NCBI RefSeq assembly: GCF_018350175.1
Contig: NC_058383.1
Location: forward strand, 62,001 to 126,000
Reading direction: 5' to 3'
DNA: 64,000 bases
Origin: Felis catus
Lineage: Eukaryota
Part shown: in pieces, positions 1 to 13,729 of the stretch
Layout of the letters: every line of letters begins with the position of its first letter
Position numbering within the stretch: position 1 is the stretch's first letter
Program-made: the position numbers and the translations under genes
Notes under the pieces: model-generated
What the model was told of the DNA's origin: nothing
What the model saw: the letters and a program-made list of their open reading frames with translations, nothing else
Databases searched by the model: none

Positions 1-270
1 CACGGCACTGGTGTCGCGTTGGCCCTGGCAACGTCCATGGAACGAACCTTAACCTTAGCAAAAGCTTTCTCCTAATGGGGACCCAATTCCTAAGTCTGGG
101 GATATGACGGACATGGGGCCCAGAAGCGGAGGAAGATTACACAGCAGGGAACCTGGAACATCACCATGTCATTTCCAAAGACCAGAAGGAGATTCACAGG
201 GGACTTCTTCAGGCCTAACCGAGGAGTGGTCCTGGCACCCAAAACTCAGCCTGACTGAGACCCTACCTAG
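1..270 (+). repeat. Divergent FA-SAT satellite fragment (end of an upstream array)
   Basis: Contains GGCCCTGGCAACGTCC, GGGGACCCAATTCC and GGAACCTGGAACATCACCATGTCATTTCC, all homologous to the monomers at 32.3-44.4 kb and 62.4-64 kb. Confidence 0.8.
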
Positions 271-1499
271 ACCACTGCCCTACTTTGTCAATAAGACAAA
301 GACACGCTTTTTCTATTAAAATTCAGGCCATACCAGACGAAGAAAGAAAAGATATTTACGAGAATGTGTATATCAGAGATCTACATCTGAGATCTGAAGA
401 CAATCCTTTTCCATTACATAAAGACTCACAGATGCAGCCACACATTAAAGTGTTCATCTGAGGCCACAGATAAACTACATAAGACAGAATGCATGTAGGA
501 AAACATAAGACCATAGGGAAATAACCCCAAATCTCATAAATCTCACTGCCTTATACGACAAGTATTTTGAAATTTGAAGAGGACTGTGTGAGGTGACAGA
601 GTATGGTGATTATATATCTTCAAAATGTGTCAGATCTGCCTGCATGCTTTCTCTGCCCACCTGTTGCTCTCCACTTTGTTTTTCGTAGTATCCCTTAATA
701 CTACTTTCACTGTTCTGTCTCTGTTTCAGTGCTTGCTTCTAAGAGGACCTACTCTCACCCCCCATCGAATGCACACACTGTGGTTCCTATACACACAGGT
801 AACAAACTAGCAGAAATTGCGGTGATGGAGGAGAGTAGCAAGATCACCCTTTTTGCAAAGGGGCCCAAGAGAGTTTTCTGGGGTGATGGTAACTTCTTAT
901 ATCTAGATGCATGGGGTGCTTGTGCTCATTTTAGAAATATTCACTGACTCCTGGTGCTTGGGGTCAGATAGACAGGTTCCTGACCCTAGCATATGGCTGA
1001 TTTCTAATGGTGGGGAAGGATCAGGGACCAGCAGTTACTGTGGGAGATGAGTGAGGAGGCCACACATGGAGTCAGATCCTCCCCGAGGATGCCAAGTCTC
1101 CACAGACAGCAACTTTGTGCAGGAGGGCTCTGATAATCACATATTTCTTGATCAGTCCTGTGAACTGCATAATCCTACTCCAGATTTCTCACTGAGGGAT
1201 GGACAGGGCAGAGGCCAGCAGCTGGAGGACACCATGATCATGGCTGGAGTGGAGCAGTTGGCTTGGGGGATTGTCAGAGAAAGGGAAAGGCAGAAGGTAG
1301 TAACAGGGAGTTTGAGAGATAAAGGGAAGAGGAGAGAAGGGAATGTTTTCTACTGACTTCACCCCCATTTCTGTGTGAACAACAGGAGATCCTTGTCTCC
1401 TGGGGAGAACAAGGGAAGGGAAGAGGGCTGGCAGAAGGACAGAGTGACATTCTCAGCTGAAGTGCTCAGGTTATCTGCCTTGCTCTTGAATACCTAACA

Positions 1500-2045
1500 C
1501 AGGAAGCCTGTGCCTTCTGTCATAAGTGGAACTGCAGCTCATACATTTAGTGAAAATTAAAGCGATGATGAAAAACTCATCATTAAAGTAGTGCAACAAA
1601 AGTATGTGAACATACAGAGATATACAATAGAAGCAGAAGTCCAAAGGTAGACCGACTGCAATATTTATGGGAATATAGATTAATGGAAAAGGAGGTACCC
1701 CAATGCAGGCTTTCAGACACCTGGGCAATATCCGGAAACGTGAAAAAAAAAAAAGTAGTCCTTACTTCAAAAGCAACATTAGCATTAGACACAAAGGGAT
1801 CGTGACGAAAGGTTTACGGAGAAACCATATTATTTCATGGTGCTGTACCCATGGTCCGGTACCCTCAAGTCTCATCAAATTATACACTTTACCTTCAGGC
1901 TATTTGTTATATGTAATTATATCTCATTAAAGAGAGTTTCAAAACATAAAATACTAGAAGCAAATGTGGGAAAGTTCCTGTCCAATCCTGAAGTGCATGG
2001 GTGCTATGAATCTGTCCTCCCATGTCTCAAAAATCCAAAATAAGA
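1500..2045 (+). mobile_element. Old, highly decayed L1 ORF2 3' fragment
   Basis: A-rich with L1-like remnants (ATAAAATACTAGAAGCAAATGTGGGAAAGTT, similar to KILEENIG); no ORF. Confidence 0.45.
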
Positions 2046-2059
2046 AGACATTTAAAAAG

Positions 2060-2717
2060 TTAATAATAGCAGAGTAGGAGGACTCTGAGCTCACCCTGTC
2101 CCATGTTTTCAACTGCATAACATCCACATCCAAGTCCATGAAGCAGAGAGCAATTCAAAGACTGGCAGAACAAACTCCACACCTAAATAGAGAGAAGCTG
2201 CATCAGAAGGGTTAGGAAGGTCAGAAAGGTGAAGGCTGGCTGCCTGCAGAATGGGCAGAAAAAAAGAGCCCTCACCCCAGGGAGCTCACACATGGAAGAC
2301 TAATCTCCATAACATTTGGCATTAAAACGTAGAGGGGCTGAATTCCCTTAAGTTTAGATCCTGGAGCTTTGGAGGTCAGCTGACCCAGCACTGGGTGATC
2401 CAGGAGGATGAGTGCTAGCCAGGTCCCTGCCTGTGTAGAGAAGCAATGTAAACATTGTATTTTACGCAATGTGGAGGAAACAGGAGACAGATCTATTCAT
2501 GCTGATTCCTGAGTGTGTTGGAGGACTTCTCCAAAAATGAGGGAGCACACAAACACCATTCTTCTCCCCCAGCCTCCCAGAATAAGGATAGAAGCACCCA
2601 CCAGAGGGTGAGGCTTCACAGACACTTGCTACATAACCCGTTAGCAGTGAGCAAGTCCCAAGGGTTCACTGGGGGACTCACCACACCAAGCCTGCTGGTC
2701 TCAGGGCAAACATTCTT
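2060..2717 (+). mobile_element. 5'UTR of an older carnivore L1, left part, interrupted by a younger L1
   Basis: Begins GCAGAGTAGGAGGACTCTGAGCTCACC, similar to L1 5' ends; continues at 8690 after the target-site duplication. Confidence 0.6.
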
Positions 2718-2946
2718 TTTTTTTTTCAATATATGAAGTTTATTGTCTAATTGGTTTCCATACAACACCCAGTTCTCATCCCAAAAGGTGCCCTCCTCAA
2801 TACCCATCACCCACCCTCCTCTCCCTCACACCCCCCATCAACCCTCAGTTTGTTCTCAGTTTTTAAGAGTCTCTTATGCTTTGGCTCTCTTCAACTCTAA
2901 CCTCTTTTTTTTCCTTCCCCTCCCCCATGGGTTTCTGTTAAGTTTC

Positions 2947-5900
2947 TCAGGATCCACATAAGAGTGAAAACATATGGTATCTGTCTTTCTCTGTATGGAT
3001 GATTTCACTTAGCATCACACTGTCCAGTTCCATCCATGTTGCTACAAAGGGCCATATTTCATCCTTTCTCATTGCCACGTAGTACTTCATTGTGTATATA
3101 AACCACAATTTCTTTATCCATTCATCAGTTGATGGACATTTAGGCTCTTTCCATAATTTGGCTATTGTTGAAAGTGCTGCTATAAACATTGGGGTACAAG
3201 TGTCCCTATGCATCAGTACTCCTGTATCCCTTGGGTAAATTCCTAGCAGTGCTATTGATGGGTCATAGGGTAGATCTATTTTTAATTTTTTGAGGAACCT
3301 CCACACTGTTTTCCAGAGTGGCTGCACCAGTTTGCATTCCCACTAACAGTGCAAGAGGGTTCCCGTTTCTCTACATCCTCTCCAGCATCTATAGTCTCCT
3401 GATTTGTTCATTTTGGCCACTCTGACTGGCGTGAGGTGATACCTGAGTGTGGTTTTGATTTGTACTTCCCTGATGAGGAGCGACGTTGAGCATCTTTGCA
3501 TGTGCCTGTTGGCCATCTGGATGTCTTCTTTAGAGAAGTGTCTATTCATGTTTTCTGCCCATTTCTTCACTGGGTTATTAGTTTTTCGGGTGTGGAGTTT
3601 GGTGAGCTCTTTATAGATTTTGGATACTAGCCCTTTGTCCGATATGTCATTTGCAAATATCTTTTCCCATTCCGTTGGTTGCCTTTTAGTTTTGTTGGTT
3701 GTTTCCTTTGCTGTGCAGAAGCTTTTTATCTTCATAAGGTCCCAGTAATTCATTTTTGCTTTTAATTCCCTTGCCTTTGGGGATGTGTCGAGTAAGAGAT
3801 TGCTACAGCTGAGGTCAGAGAGGTCTTTTCCTGCTTTCTCCTCTAGGGTTTGGATGGTTTCCTGTCTCACATTCAGGTCCTTTATCCATTTTGAGTTTAT
3901 TTTTGTGAGTGGTGTGAAAAAGTGTTCTAGTTTCAACCTTCTGCATGTTGCTGTCCAGTTCTCCCAGCATCATTTGTTAAAGAGACTGTCTTTTTTCCAT
4001 TGGATATTCTTTCCTGCTTTGTCAAAGATTAGTTGGCCATACGTTTGTGGGTCTAGTTATGGGGTTTCTATTCTATTCCATTGGTCTATGTGTCTGTTTT
4101 TGTGCCAATATCATGCTGTCTTGAGGATTACAGCTTTGTAGTGCAGGCTAAAGTCTGGGATTGTGATGCCTCCTGCTTTGGTCTTCTTCTTCAAAATTAC
4201 TTTGGCTATTCGGAGCCTTTTGTGGTTCCATACGAATTTTAGGATTGCTTGTTCGAGTTTCGAGAAGAATGCTGGTGCAATTTTGATTGGGATTGCATTG
4301 AATGTGTAGACCTTTCGGTAGTATTGACATTTTGACAGTATTTATTCTTCCAATCCATGAGCATGGAATGTTTTTCCATTTCTTCTTCAATTTTCTTCAT
4401 AAGCTTTCTATAGTTTTCAGCATACAGATCTTTTACATCTTTGGTTAGATTTATTCCTAGGTATTTTATGCTTCTTGGTGCAATTGTGAATGGGATCAGT
4501 TTCTTTATTTGTCTTTATGTTGCTTCATTATTAGTGTATAAGAATGCAACTGATTTCTGTCCATTGATTTTGTATCCTGCAACTTTGCTAAATTCATGTA
4601 TCAGTTCTAGCAGACTTCTGGTGGAGTCTATCGGATTTTCCATGTATAATGTCATGTCATCTGCAAAGAGTGAAAGCTTAACTTCATCTTTGCCAATTTT
4701 GATGCCTTTGATTTCCTTTTGTTGTCTGATTTCTGATGCTAGAACTTCCAACACTATTGTAAACAACAGCGGTGAGAGTGGACATCCCTGTCGTGTTCCT
4801 GATCTCAGGGAAAAAGCTCTCAGTTTTTCCCCATTGAGGATGATGTTAGCTGTGGGCTTTTCATAAATGGCTTTTATGATCTTTAAGTATGTTCTTTCTA
4901 TCCCGACTTTGTAGAGGGTTTTTATTAAGAAAGTTGCTGGATTTTGTCAAAGGCCTTTTCTGCATCGATTGACAGGATCATATGGTTCTTATCTTTTCTT
5001 TTATTAATGTGATGTATCACATTGATTGATATGCGAATGTTGAACCAGCCCTTCATCCCAGGAATGAATCCCACTTGATCATGGTGAATCATTCTTTTTA
5101 TATGCTGTTGAATTCGATTCGCTAGTATCTTATTGAGAATTTTTGCATCCATATTCATCAGGAATATTGGCCTGTAGTTCTCTTTTTTTACTGGGTCTCT
5201 GTCTGGTTTAGGAATCAAAGTAATACTGACTTCATAGAATGAGTCTGGAAGTTTTCCTTCCCTTTCAATTTTTTGGAATAGCTTGAGAAGGATAGGTATT
5301 ATCTCTGCTTTAAACGTCTGGTAGAACTCCCCTGGGAAGCCATCTGGTCCTGGACTCTTATTTGTTGGGAGATTTTTGATGACTGATTCAATTTCTTCAC
5401 TGGTTATGGGTCTGTTCAAGCTTTCTATTTCCTCCTGATTGAGTTTTGGAAGGGTGTGGGTGTTTAGGAATTTGTCCATTTCTTCCAGGTTGTCCATTTT
5501 GTTGGCATATAATTTTTCATAGTATTCCCTGATAATTGCTTGTATCTCTGAGGGATTGGTTGTAATAATTCCATTTTCATTCATGATTTTACCTATTTGG
5601 GTCCTCTCTCTTTTCTTTTTGAGAAGTCTGGCTAGAGGTTTATCAATTTTGTTTATTTTTTCAAAAAAACAACTCTTGGTTTCGTTGATCTGCTCTACAG
5701 TTTTTTTAGATTCTATATTGTTTATTTCTGCTCTGATCTTTATTATTTCTCTTCTTCTGCTGGATTTAGGCTGTCTTTGCTGTTCTGCTTCTATTTCCTT
5801 TAGGTGTGCTGTTAGATTCTGTATTTGGGATTTTTCTTGTTTCTTGAGATAGGCCTGGATTGCAATGTATTTTCCTCTCAGGACTGCCTTCGTTGCATCC

Positions 5901-6770
5901 CAGAGCATTTGGATTGTTGTATTTTCATTTTCGTTTGTTTCCATATATTTTTTAATTTCTTCTCTAATTGCCTGGTTGACCCATTCATTCTTTTGTAGGG
6001 TGTTCTTTAACCTCCATGCTTTTGGAAGTTTTCCAGACTTTTTCCTGTGGTTGATTTCAAGCTTCATAGTATTGTGGTCTGAAAGTATGCATGGTATGAT
6101 CTCAATTCTTGTATACTTATGAAGGGCTGTTTTGTGACCCAGTATGTGATCTATCTTGGAGAATGTTCCATGTGCACTCAAGAAGAAAGTATATTCTGTT
6201 GCTTTGGGATGCAGAGTTCTAAATATATCTGTCAAGTCCATCTGATCCAATGTATCATTCCGGGCCCTTGTTTCTTTATTGACCATGTGTCTGGGTGATC
6301 TATCCATTTCTGTAAGTGGGGTGTTAAAGTCCCCTGCAATTACCACATTCTTATCAATAAGGTTGCTTATGTTTGTGATTAATTGTTTTATATATTTGGG
6401 GGCTCCTGTATTCGGTGCATAGACATTTATAATTGTTAGCTCTTCCTGATGGATAGACCCTGTGATTATTATATAATGGCCTTCTTCATCTCTTGTTACA
6501 GCCTTTAATTTAAAGTCTAGTTTCTGATATAAGTATGGCTACTCCAGCTTTCTTTTGACTTCCAGTGGCATGATAAATAGTTCTCCATCCCCTCACTCTC
6601 AATCTGAAGGTGTCCTCAGGTCTAAAATGAGTCTCTTGTATACAGCAAATAGATGGGTCTTGTTTTTTTTTTTTTTTATCCATTCTGATACCCTGTGTCT
6701 TTTGGTTGGAGTATTTCATCCATTTACATTCAGTGTTATTATAGAAAGATATGGGTTTAGAGTCATTGTG
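2947..6770 (-). pseudogene. L1 ORF2 (endonuclease/reverse transcriptase), fragmented
   Basis: ORF track shows EN motifs (QETH, GDFN, SDH), RT motifs (GFIPG, FADD) and the C-terminal domain split over at least six ORFs. Confidence 0.95.
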
Positions 6771-6809
6771 ATATCTGTAGGTTTCATGCTTGTAGCGATG
6801 TCTCTGGTA

Positions 6810-7710
6810 CTTGTCTCACAGGATCCCCCTTAGGATCTCTTATAGGGCTGGTTTAGTGGTGACGAATACCTTCAGTTTTTATTTGTTTGGGAAGACCTTT
6901 ATCTTTCCTTCTATTCTAAATGGCAGACTTGCTGGATAAAGGATTCTCAGCTGCATATTTTTTCTGTTCATCACATGGAAGATCTCCTGCCATTCCTTTC
7001 TGGCCTGCCAAGTTTCAGTAGAGAGATCAGTCACGAGTCTTATAGGTCTCCCTCTATATGTTAGAGCACGTTTATCTCTAGCTGCTTTCAGAGTTTTCTC
7101 TTTATCCTTGTATTTTGCCAGTTTCACTATGAATGTCGTGCAGAAGATCGATTCAAGTTATGTCTGAAGGGAGTTCTCTGTGCCTCTTGGATTTCAATGC
7201 CTTTTTCCTTCCCCAGATCTGGGAAGTTCTCAGCTATTATTTCTTCAAGTACACCTTCAGCACCTTTCCCTCTCTCTTCCTCATCTGGAATACCAATTAT
7301 GCGTATATTATTTCTCTTTAGTGCATCACTTAGTTCTCTCATTTTCCCCTCATACTCCTGGATTTTTTAAATCTTTTTCTCAGCTTCTTCTTTTTTCCAT
7401 AATTTTATCTTCTAGTTCACCTATTCTCTCCTCTGCCTCTTCAATCTGAGCCATAGTTGTCTCCATTTTATTTTACAGCTCATTGATAGCATTTTTTAGC
7501 TCCTCCTGGCTGTTCCTCAGTCCCTTCATCTCTGTAGCAAGAGATTCTCTGTTGTCCTTTATAATGCTTTCAAGCCGAGCGATTAATTTTATGACTATCA
7601 TTCTAAATTCACTTTCTGTTATATTGTTTAAATCGTTTTTGATCAGTTCGTTAGCTGTTGTTATTTCCTGGACATTTTTCTGAGGGGAATTCTTCCATTT
7701 CATCATTTGG
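6810..7710 (-). pseudogene. L1 ORF1, fragmented
   Basis: KRNNIRIIGIP, ENFPDL, IRLVTDLSTETWQARKEW and ILYPA motifs in three separate frames. Confidence 0.92.
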
Positions 7711-10700
7711 ATAGTCCCTGGAGTGGTGCGGGACTGTGGGGCACTTCCCCTGTGCTGTCTTGAATAACTTGGGGTGGTGGGCGGGGCCGCAGTCAGACCT
7801 GATGTCTGCCCCCAGCCCACCACTGGGGCCACAGTCAGACTGGTGTGTGCCTTCTCTTCCCCTCTCCTAGGGGCGGGATTCACTGTGGGGTGGCGTGGCC
7901 TGTCTGGGCTACTTGCACACTGCCAGGCTTGTGGTGCTGGGGATTTGGCGTATTAGCTGGGAATGGATCGGCAAGGTGCACAGGGTGGGAGGAGCAGGCT
8001 CAGCATGCTTTCCCTTCGGAGATCTGCTTTGGGAGGGGCCTTGCGGCATCAGGAAGGAGTCAGACCCGCTGGAGGAATGGATATGCAGATGCACAGCATT
8101 GGGTGTTTGCGCAGTACAAGCAAGTTCCCTGGCAGGAACTGGTTCCCTTTGGGATTTTGGCTGGGGGATGGACAAGGGAAGTGGCGCTGGCGAGCGCCTT
8201 TGTTCCCCACCAAGCTGAGCTCTGTCGTCTGGGGCTCAACAACTCTCCCTCCCATTGTCCTCCAGCCCTACTGTTTTCCGAGCAGAGCTGTTAACTTATA
8301 ACCTTCCAGATGTCAAGTCCCGCTTGCTGTTGGAACACACTTGATCTGGCCCCTCCGCTTTTGCAAGCCACATTCGGGGGCTCTGCTTGGCCGGCGGTCC
8401 ACCCCTCCACCCCAGCTCCCTCCCGCCAGTCTGTGCAGTGCACACCGTCTCTCCGCCCTTCCTACCCTTTTCCATGGGCCTCTCATCTGCGCTTGGCTCC
8501 AGAGACTCCGTTCTGCTAGTCTTCTGTCGGTTTTCTGGGTTATTTAGGCAGGTGTAGGTGGAATCTAAGTGATCAGCAGGATGCCCAGTGAGCCCAGCGT
8601 CCTTCTACGCCGCCATCTTCCCAGGATCCCCCACTCTTCTTCAAGGATAGTAAAACCTGGCTTCCTTCCGAATTACAAGGTATGTGGGGTCAGGCCAAAC
8701 ATTCTTAAAACCACAAGTGTACCCTGTCCGACAAGCTGCATGCATAGCTGCCACAGCAGGCTGTGCACATCTGCACCTCACCCAACTGTGCACATCCAGC
8801 ACCCTCATCTGTCTCACCCAGCCACATGTCCCCAGGCACAGACATGCTCTGTGATATCCTCAAGCCCCTAGCTTCCTCCGCTGGTCCACAGTCCCCAGCC
8901 ACCAAGGACATTGGGAAATATGGCTTAGGACTGGTAGCCCTGTGCAATTTTGCTAACCTGCCCTGCTCCCAAGTTACCCAGTGGGCATAACACCCCACAG
9001 CTGGCCTGCCTGGGTCCCACTAACACCATTGAGAGCAAGCACAGCCCACAACAGGCACGCAATCAGTGCAGACACCTGCACTGAAAGGAAAAGTAACCCA
9101 GACACAACAGCAGGCCGTGAGCAATACCCATATGATATCCTCCTGAAGGTCCAGGTCTTATAAATTGAGAGGTTCACCACTGAGGTATCCAGGACCTCTT
9201 TTTCATACTGTCGTTAATTTCAAGATCAGAAGGCACAGCTGACTTTCTTAACACAGAGAAATAGAGCCAGGGAGACAGACAAAATGGACACACAGAGATG
9301 TTTATCCACAATGAAAGATCTAGTCAAAGCCACAGACAGAGATCTAAGCCAAAGAGATATTAGTAACATATCTGATACAGAATTTAAAGCAATGATCATA
9401 AGGATACTCACTGGAGTTGTGAAATGAGTAGAAGAGTGAGACCCATGACAGGAGTTAAGAAATAATACAGTAGATATTGAGGACACAATAAAGGAGAAAC
9501 ACGTTTGCTGGAAAGAAAAGAGGAATGGAGAAACAGAGGAACAAACCAGTGACCTTGAAGACTGAGTAATGGAAATTAATCACACTGAACCAAAGAGATA
9601 GAACAGAATTGTGCAACGTGAGATGAGACTAAGGGAACTCAGTGAGTGCAGCAAACATAATATTCATATTGTAGGAGTCCCAGTAGAAAGAGAAAATGGG
9701 GAAGAAAATTTATTTGAGGAAATAATAGTTGAAAACTTCCCTAATTGGGGGAGGGAAACAAATATCCACATCCGGGAGACTAGAGAATTCACATCAAAAT
9801 CAACAAAATCAGGCCAACACCCAGACATATTGTAAGCAAACTTGCAAATTACAGTGACAATAAAGAAAAACTCTTAAAAGTAGCAAGACAAAGAGACCTT
9901 CACTTAGAAGGGAAGACTCATAAGGCTAGCTACCAGATTTCTGAACAGAAACTTGGCAAGCCATAAGCGAGTGACATCACATATTCAAAGTACTGAATGG
10001 AAAAATCAGCAGCCAAGAATACTCGATCCAGGAAGGCTATCCTTCAGAATTGAAGGAGACACAGATTTCCCAAACAAAAACTAAAGGTGTTTGTACCACT
10101 AAACCAGTCCTGCAAGAAATATTAAGAGGGACTCTTTGAGTGGAAAGGAGAGACCAGAAGTGATAGTATAGAGGTAAAAGACACAAATCAAGTAAAACAT
10201 GAATATTTCTGTAAAAAATAGTTAAGAAACTCAGAGATATGGATTTGAAATATAACACCTACCAAAAACCTAGGGAGGAGAAAATAATGGATTCCAAAGT
10301 AAATGACCATCAGCTTAATACAAACTGCTAAACGCAGAAGAGGTTATATAAATAACCCAGCAGTAACTATATATCAAACACCAGTCACAAATATGCTAAG
10401 AATAAATATAAAGAAATTAGAATACATCACTAAAGAAAATAAGCAAAACATGAAAGACAGACAAGGAAGGATCGGAGAAAATCATTAGAAACCACAAGAA
10501 AACAGGTAGTATAATGGCAATACATACATACATAGCGATCATTTCTTTGAAGGTAAATGGAATGAATGCTCCAATCTAGAGACATAGGGTGTAAGAAGGG
10601 ATGAAAAAACAAAAGCTGGAGTAGCAATACTTGTATCAGAAAAAATACACTTAAAAAAAAGTAAGTAACAAGAGACAGAGGAGGATGTTATATAACAGTA

Positions 10701-10853
10701 AAGGGTACAATCCAAAAAGAAGATATAACAACCGTAAATATATCCCACAATTAAGTGGGATTTAGTCCCAAGCTGCAAGGGTGGTTCAATATTCGCAAAT
10801 CAGTCAATGTGATACAATATATCAACAGGAGAAAGGATAAGAACCATATGATC

Positions 10854-11053
10854 GGGACGCCTGGGTGGCTCAATCCTTTAACAGTCTGACATCAGCTCAG
10901 CTTATGACCCCATGATTTGTGAGTTCAAGTCCCACATCGGACTCAGTGCTGAAAGCTCAGAGCCAAGAGCCTCCATCGAATTCTGTGTCTCCCACTCTCT
11001 TTCTGTCCCTCCCCTGCTCACACTCTGTCTCTCTCAAAATTAATAAACGTTAA
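10854..11053 (+). mobile_element. CanSINE (SINEC-type)
   Basis: GGGACGCCTGGGTGGCTCA head, CT-rich tract, AATAAA tail; degenerate TSD CCATATG(A/G)TC. Confidence 0.9.
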
Positions 11054-11349
11054 GGGAAAGCGCCATATGGTCATTTCAACACATGAAGAAAAAGCATTGA
11101 CATAGTACAACATCCATTCATGATTATAACCCTTAAAGTAGGTTTACAGGGAACATACATCAATGTAATAAATGTTTTCTGTGAAAACCCCGCAGCTATA
11201 ATCAACCTTAATGGAGAAAATCTGAGAGCTTTTCCTATATGGTCAGGAAGAAGACAAGGATGTTTACTCCTACCACTTTTAATAAACATAGCACTGGAAG
11301 TCCAAGTCACAGCCAGCAGATAAATGAAATGAAACAAAACAATGTAAAG

Positions 11350-11395
11350 TAAAATAAAATAAAATAAAATAAAATAAAATAAAATAAAATAAAAT
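11350..11395 (+). repeat. (TAAAA)n microsatellite
   Basis: Pentamer repeat directly visible. Confidence 0.9.
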
Positions 11396-11919
11396 ACAAA
11401 CAAATCCAAATGTGGAAGAAGTGAATCTTTCACACTTTGTAGATTACATGACACTATATATAGAAAACCGTAAAGAGTCCACCCAATAACTGCTAGAACT
11501 GATAAATGAATTCAGCAATGTCACAGGATACAAAATCATTGTACAGAAATCTGTTGCAATTCTAGACAACAATAATGAAGCAGTAGGAGAAATTAAGAAA
11601 GCAGTCCCATTTGCAATTGTACACCAAATAATAATGTATCTATGAATAAATCTAACCAAAGTGGTGAGTGACTTATACTCTGAAAACTATAAAACAGTGA
11701 TGAAAGAAATTCAAGATGACACAAAGAAATGGAAGGATATTCCATACTCATGGATTAGAAGTACAAATTTAATGGAAATGTCTATACCTCCCAAAGCAAC
11801 TGACACAATTAATGCAATCGCCATCAAAATAGCAACAACATTTTTCATAGAACTAGAACAGTCCTAAAATTTGTACGGAACCACAAAAGACCCCAATCTT
11901 CAGAGTAAACAACCTTCAT

Positions 11920-12380
11920 GTGAAGTGATAATTATGCATGGCACTATGCCTCTGGATCTTCTGCTCCAAAACACAGTAACTCTGGCCTAAGCATTTGAAC
12001 AAACGTTAGACATATCCCAACCAAGGATGATTCTACAACATACATTCTACAAACGTACCCTCAAAACTTTGCAGATTATGAAAAATATGGAAAAATCTAA
12101 AAATCGCCATGGCCAAGTGGAGCCTAAGGAGACAGGATGACTGTAATGTGCCAGGTGGGATGAGTCTGGTACAGAAGAGGTTAAAACCGAAGCAATCTGA
12201 ATACAAATATAAAATTAGTTAATACTATCATATCTCTTTGGGATATTGATTATGATCATGTATCAACTTAGAGGACATCAATAGTCAGAAAACAGTATGA
12301 TGTATGTGGAGACTCAATAATATCTTCCCAATTTTTCTGGTAACTAGAAACCCATCATGATTGAAAAGATTATTAGGAAT
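11920..12380 (+). mobile_element. Ancient L1M (L1MC-like) 3'UTR fragment
   Basis: GGAGCCTAAGGAGAC...TGTAATGTG motif and flanks resemble recalled L1MC-type 3' ends. Confidence 0.55.
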
Positions 12381-13369
12381 CATGGTTTTATGTTTTCAAC
12401 ACATAATATTATATGACTAGTTCTAGTATTAGTTACTAGTGATGGCCATGTACCTATTCTTGTTGTTCTTACTATTGTGTAATTTAAATAATAGCATTCA
12501 TGGTACAGAAAACTGAATTCATGATATACACTTCATAGAAACATCTACTTTACATATTTTAAGACAATAATGTATGTATACACAACTGTATTATGTGGTA
12601 TGTAAATTAACTGTTTTTCAGATCTTGAATGAACATGTCATTAAATGGCTTTCCATAAAGGCAGTTATCCTAGATAATGAATGATACTCACATTTTACAG
12701 GATGTACTTCACATCATGCCGGACAGTGTCCAAAAAAGAAAACATACGTACACATGGCTAGATGGATCATTGTGACTGGCTCACTTATTGTAAAGAATCC
12801 TTGCTTTAATATTTTCACGCATATTTTTAGCAGGAATACAAGAGAATGAAATATTTCCAAATCAAAGAGATATTCAAAGGCTGGAAGAATGATAGGGTGT
12901 TCAAGGGGTTTCAGAAGGAAAAGATGTGACAATGAAGTGGCAGTCATAGGCAAGCAGCTTTCTCTGGTCCATTTTGACAGATTTCCATGAGGGGATGTCC
13001 ATCACAGCATGTGATCTGCAAAAGGGTAAGACCCAGAAGTACAAATGCAAAGACAGCGCTTTAGAAAGAGGTGACTTGGAAAGGGTGCTTCTGTGCATAA
13101 GTGATGGCTCAGCAACCTGGCGGGGGTCCCTGAGTCAAAGATTTCAGAAGGGCAGCAGTAACCTAGACTCACAAAGATCTTAGTAACATACATCAATGTA
13201 ACTTACAGTCACAAAAATCTTAGAGCCACAGAGTTGATCTTCATCTATGATTAGGAGATGGTCACAGTTTTACAGGATATGATCATCGGGCCAGCAGTAG
13301 ATGGTTAAATATTATGAATAAATGGCTAAATATTAAAAAAAATCAATGTGTAAAAATATGGGTTTGGAA

Positions 13370-13550
13370 TGTTAAGAAAACTCACAGGACCATCATGGAG
13401 TTACTTAGGTTAAGGTCCCATGTCACCAAACCTTATTTCATTCCTGCAGAAATGTAACCTTTAACCGGTAAGCAAAGAATTTCCTAGTCAGTGCTGGAAA
13501 CTTAACTGATAGAACACTGCCATTCCCCTCAGGGAGGAAATCTTGCCTAA
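13370..13550 (+). mobile_element. Possible ERV LTR fragment (carnivore LTR-like)
   Basis: Starts TGTTAAG...ATGGAGTTACTTAGGTTAAG...TCACCAAACC, resembling recalled carnivore LTR 5' ends. Confidence 0.35.
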
Positions 13551-13573
13551 ATAAGGTATTCCATGCCACTAAA

Positions 13574-13728
13574 TTTAAGTTTATTTATTTTGAGAGAGAG
13601 AGAGAGAGAAAGAGAACACAAGCAAAGAGGGGCAGAAATAGAGGGAGAGAGAGAACTCCACGACCACGAGGTCATGATCTGAGCCAGGATCAAGACTCGG
13701 ACACATAACAAAGCCATCCAGGCACCCC
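13574..13728 (-). mobile_element. CanSINE, internally deleted
   Basis: TTTATTT, (GA)n, GAGGTCATGATCTGAGC and CCAGGCACCCC form the reverse complement of a SINE. Confidence 0.85.
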
Positions 13729-13729
13729 A

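Larger units (their letters stand above)
2718..8689 (-). mobile_element. Full-length L1_Fc-like LINE-1, inactivated by frameshifts and stops
   Basis: Poly(T) at ~2715-2726; ORF2 pieces (4925-6346 GDFNTPL...SPGPDGF...DAEKAFD; 4515-4766 LFADDM; 3343-3936; 2947-3327); ORF1 pieces (6879-7710); 5'UTR ending CGCCATCTTCCCAGGATCCCCC at 8632; 17-bp TSD TCAGG(G/C)CAAACATTCTT at 2701-2717 and 8690-8706. Confidence 0.97.
8690..11895 (+). mobile_element. Older carnivore L1, right part (rest of 5'UTR, decayed ORF1, internally deleted ORF2)
   Basis: ORF 9611-9835 (NIHIVGVP...ENFPN) is ORF1-like; 11120-11323 and 11661-11867 are ORF2-like (GRRQGCLL; KWKDIPYSWI). Confidence 0.88.

Noticed and set aside
2718..8689. 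Retrotransposition-competent L1
   Set aside because: ORF1 and ORF2 are both broken by several frameshifts and stops
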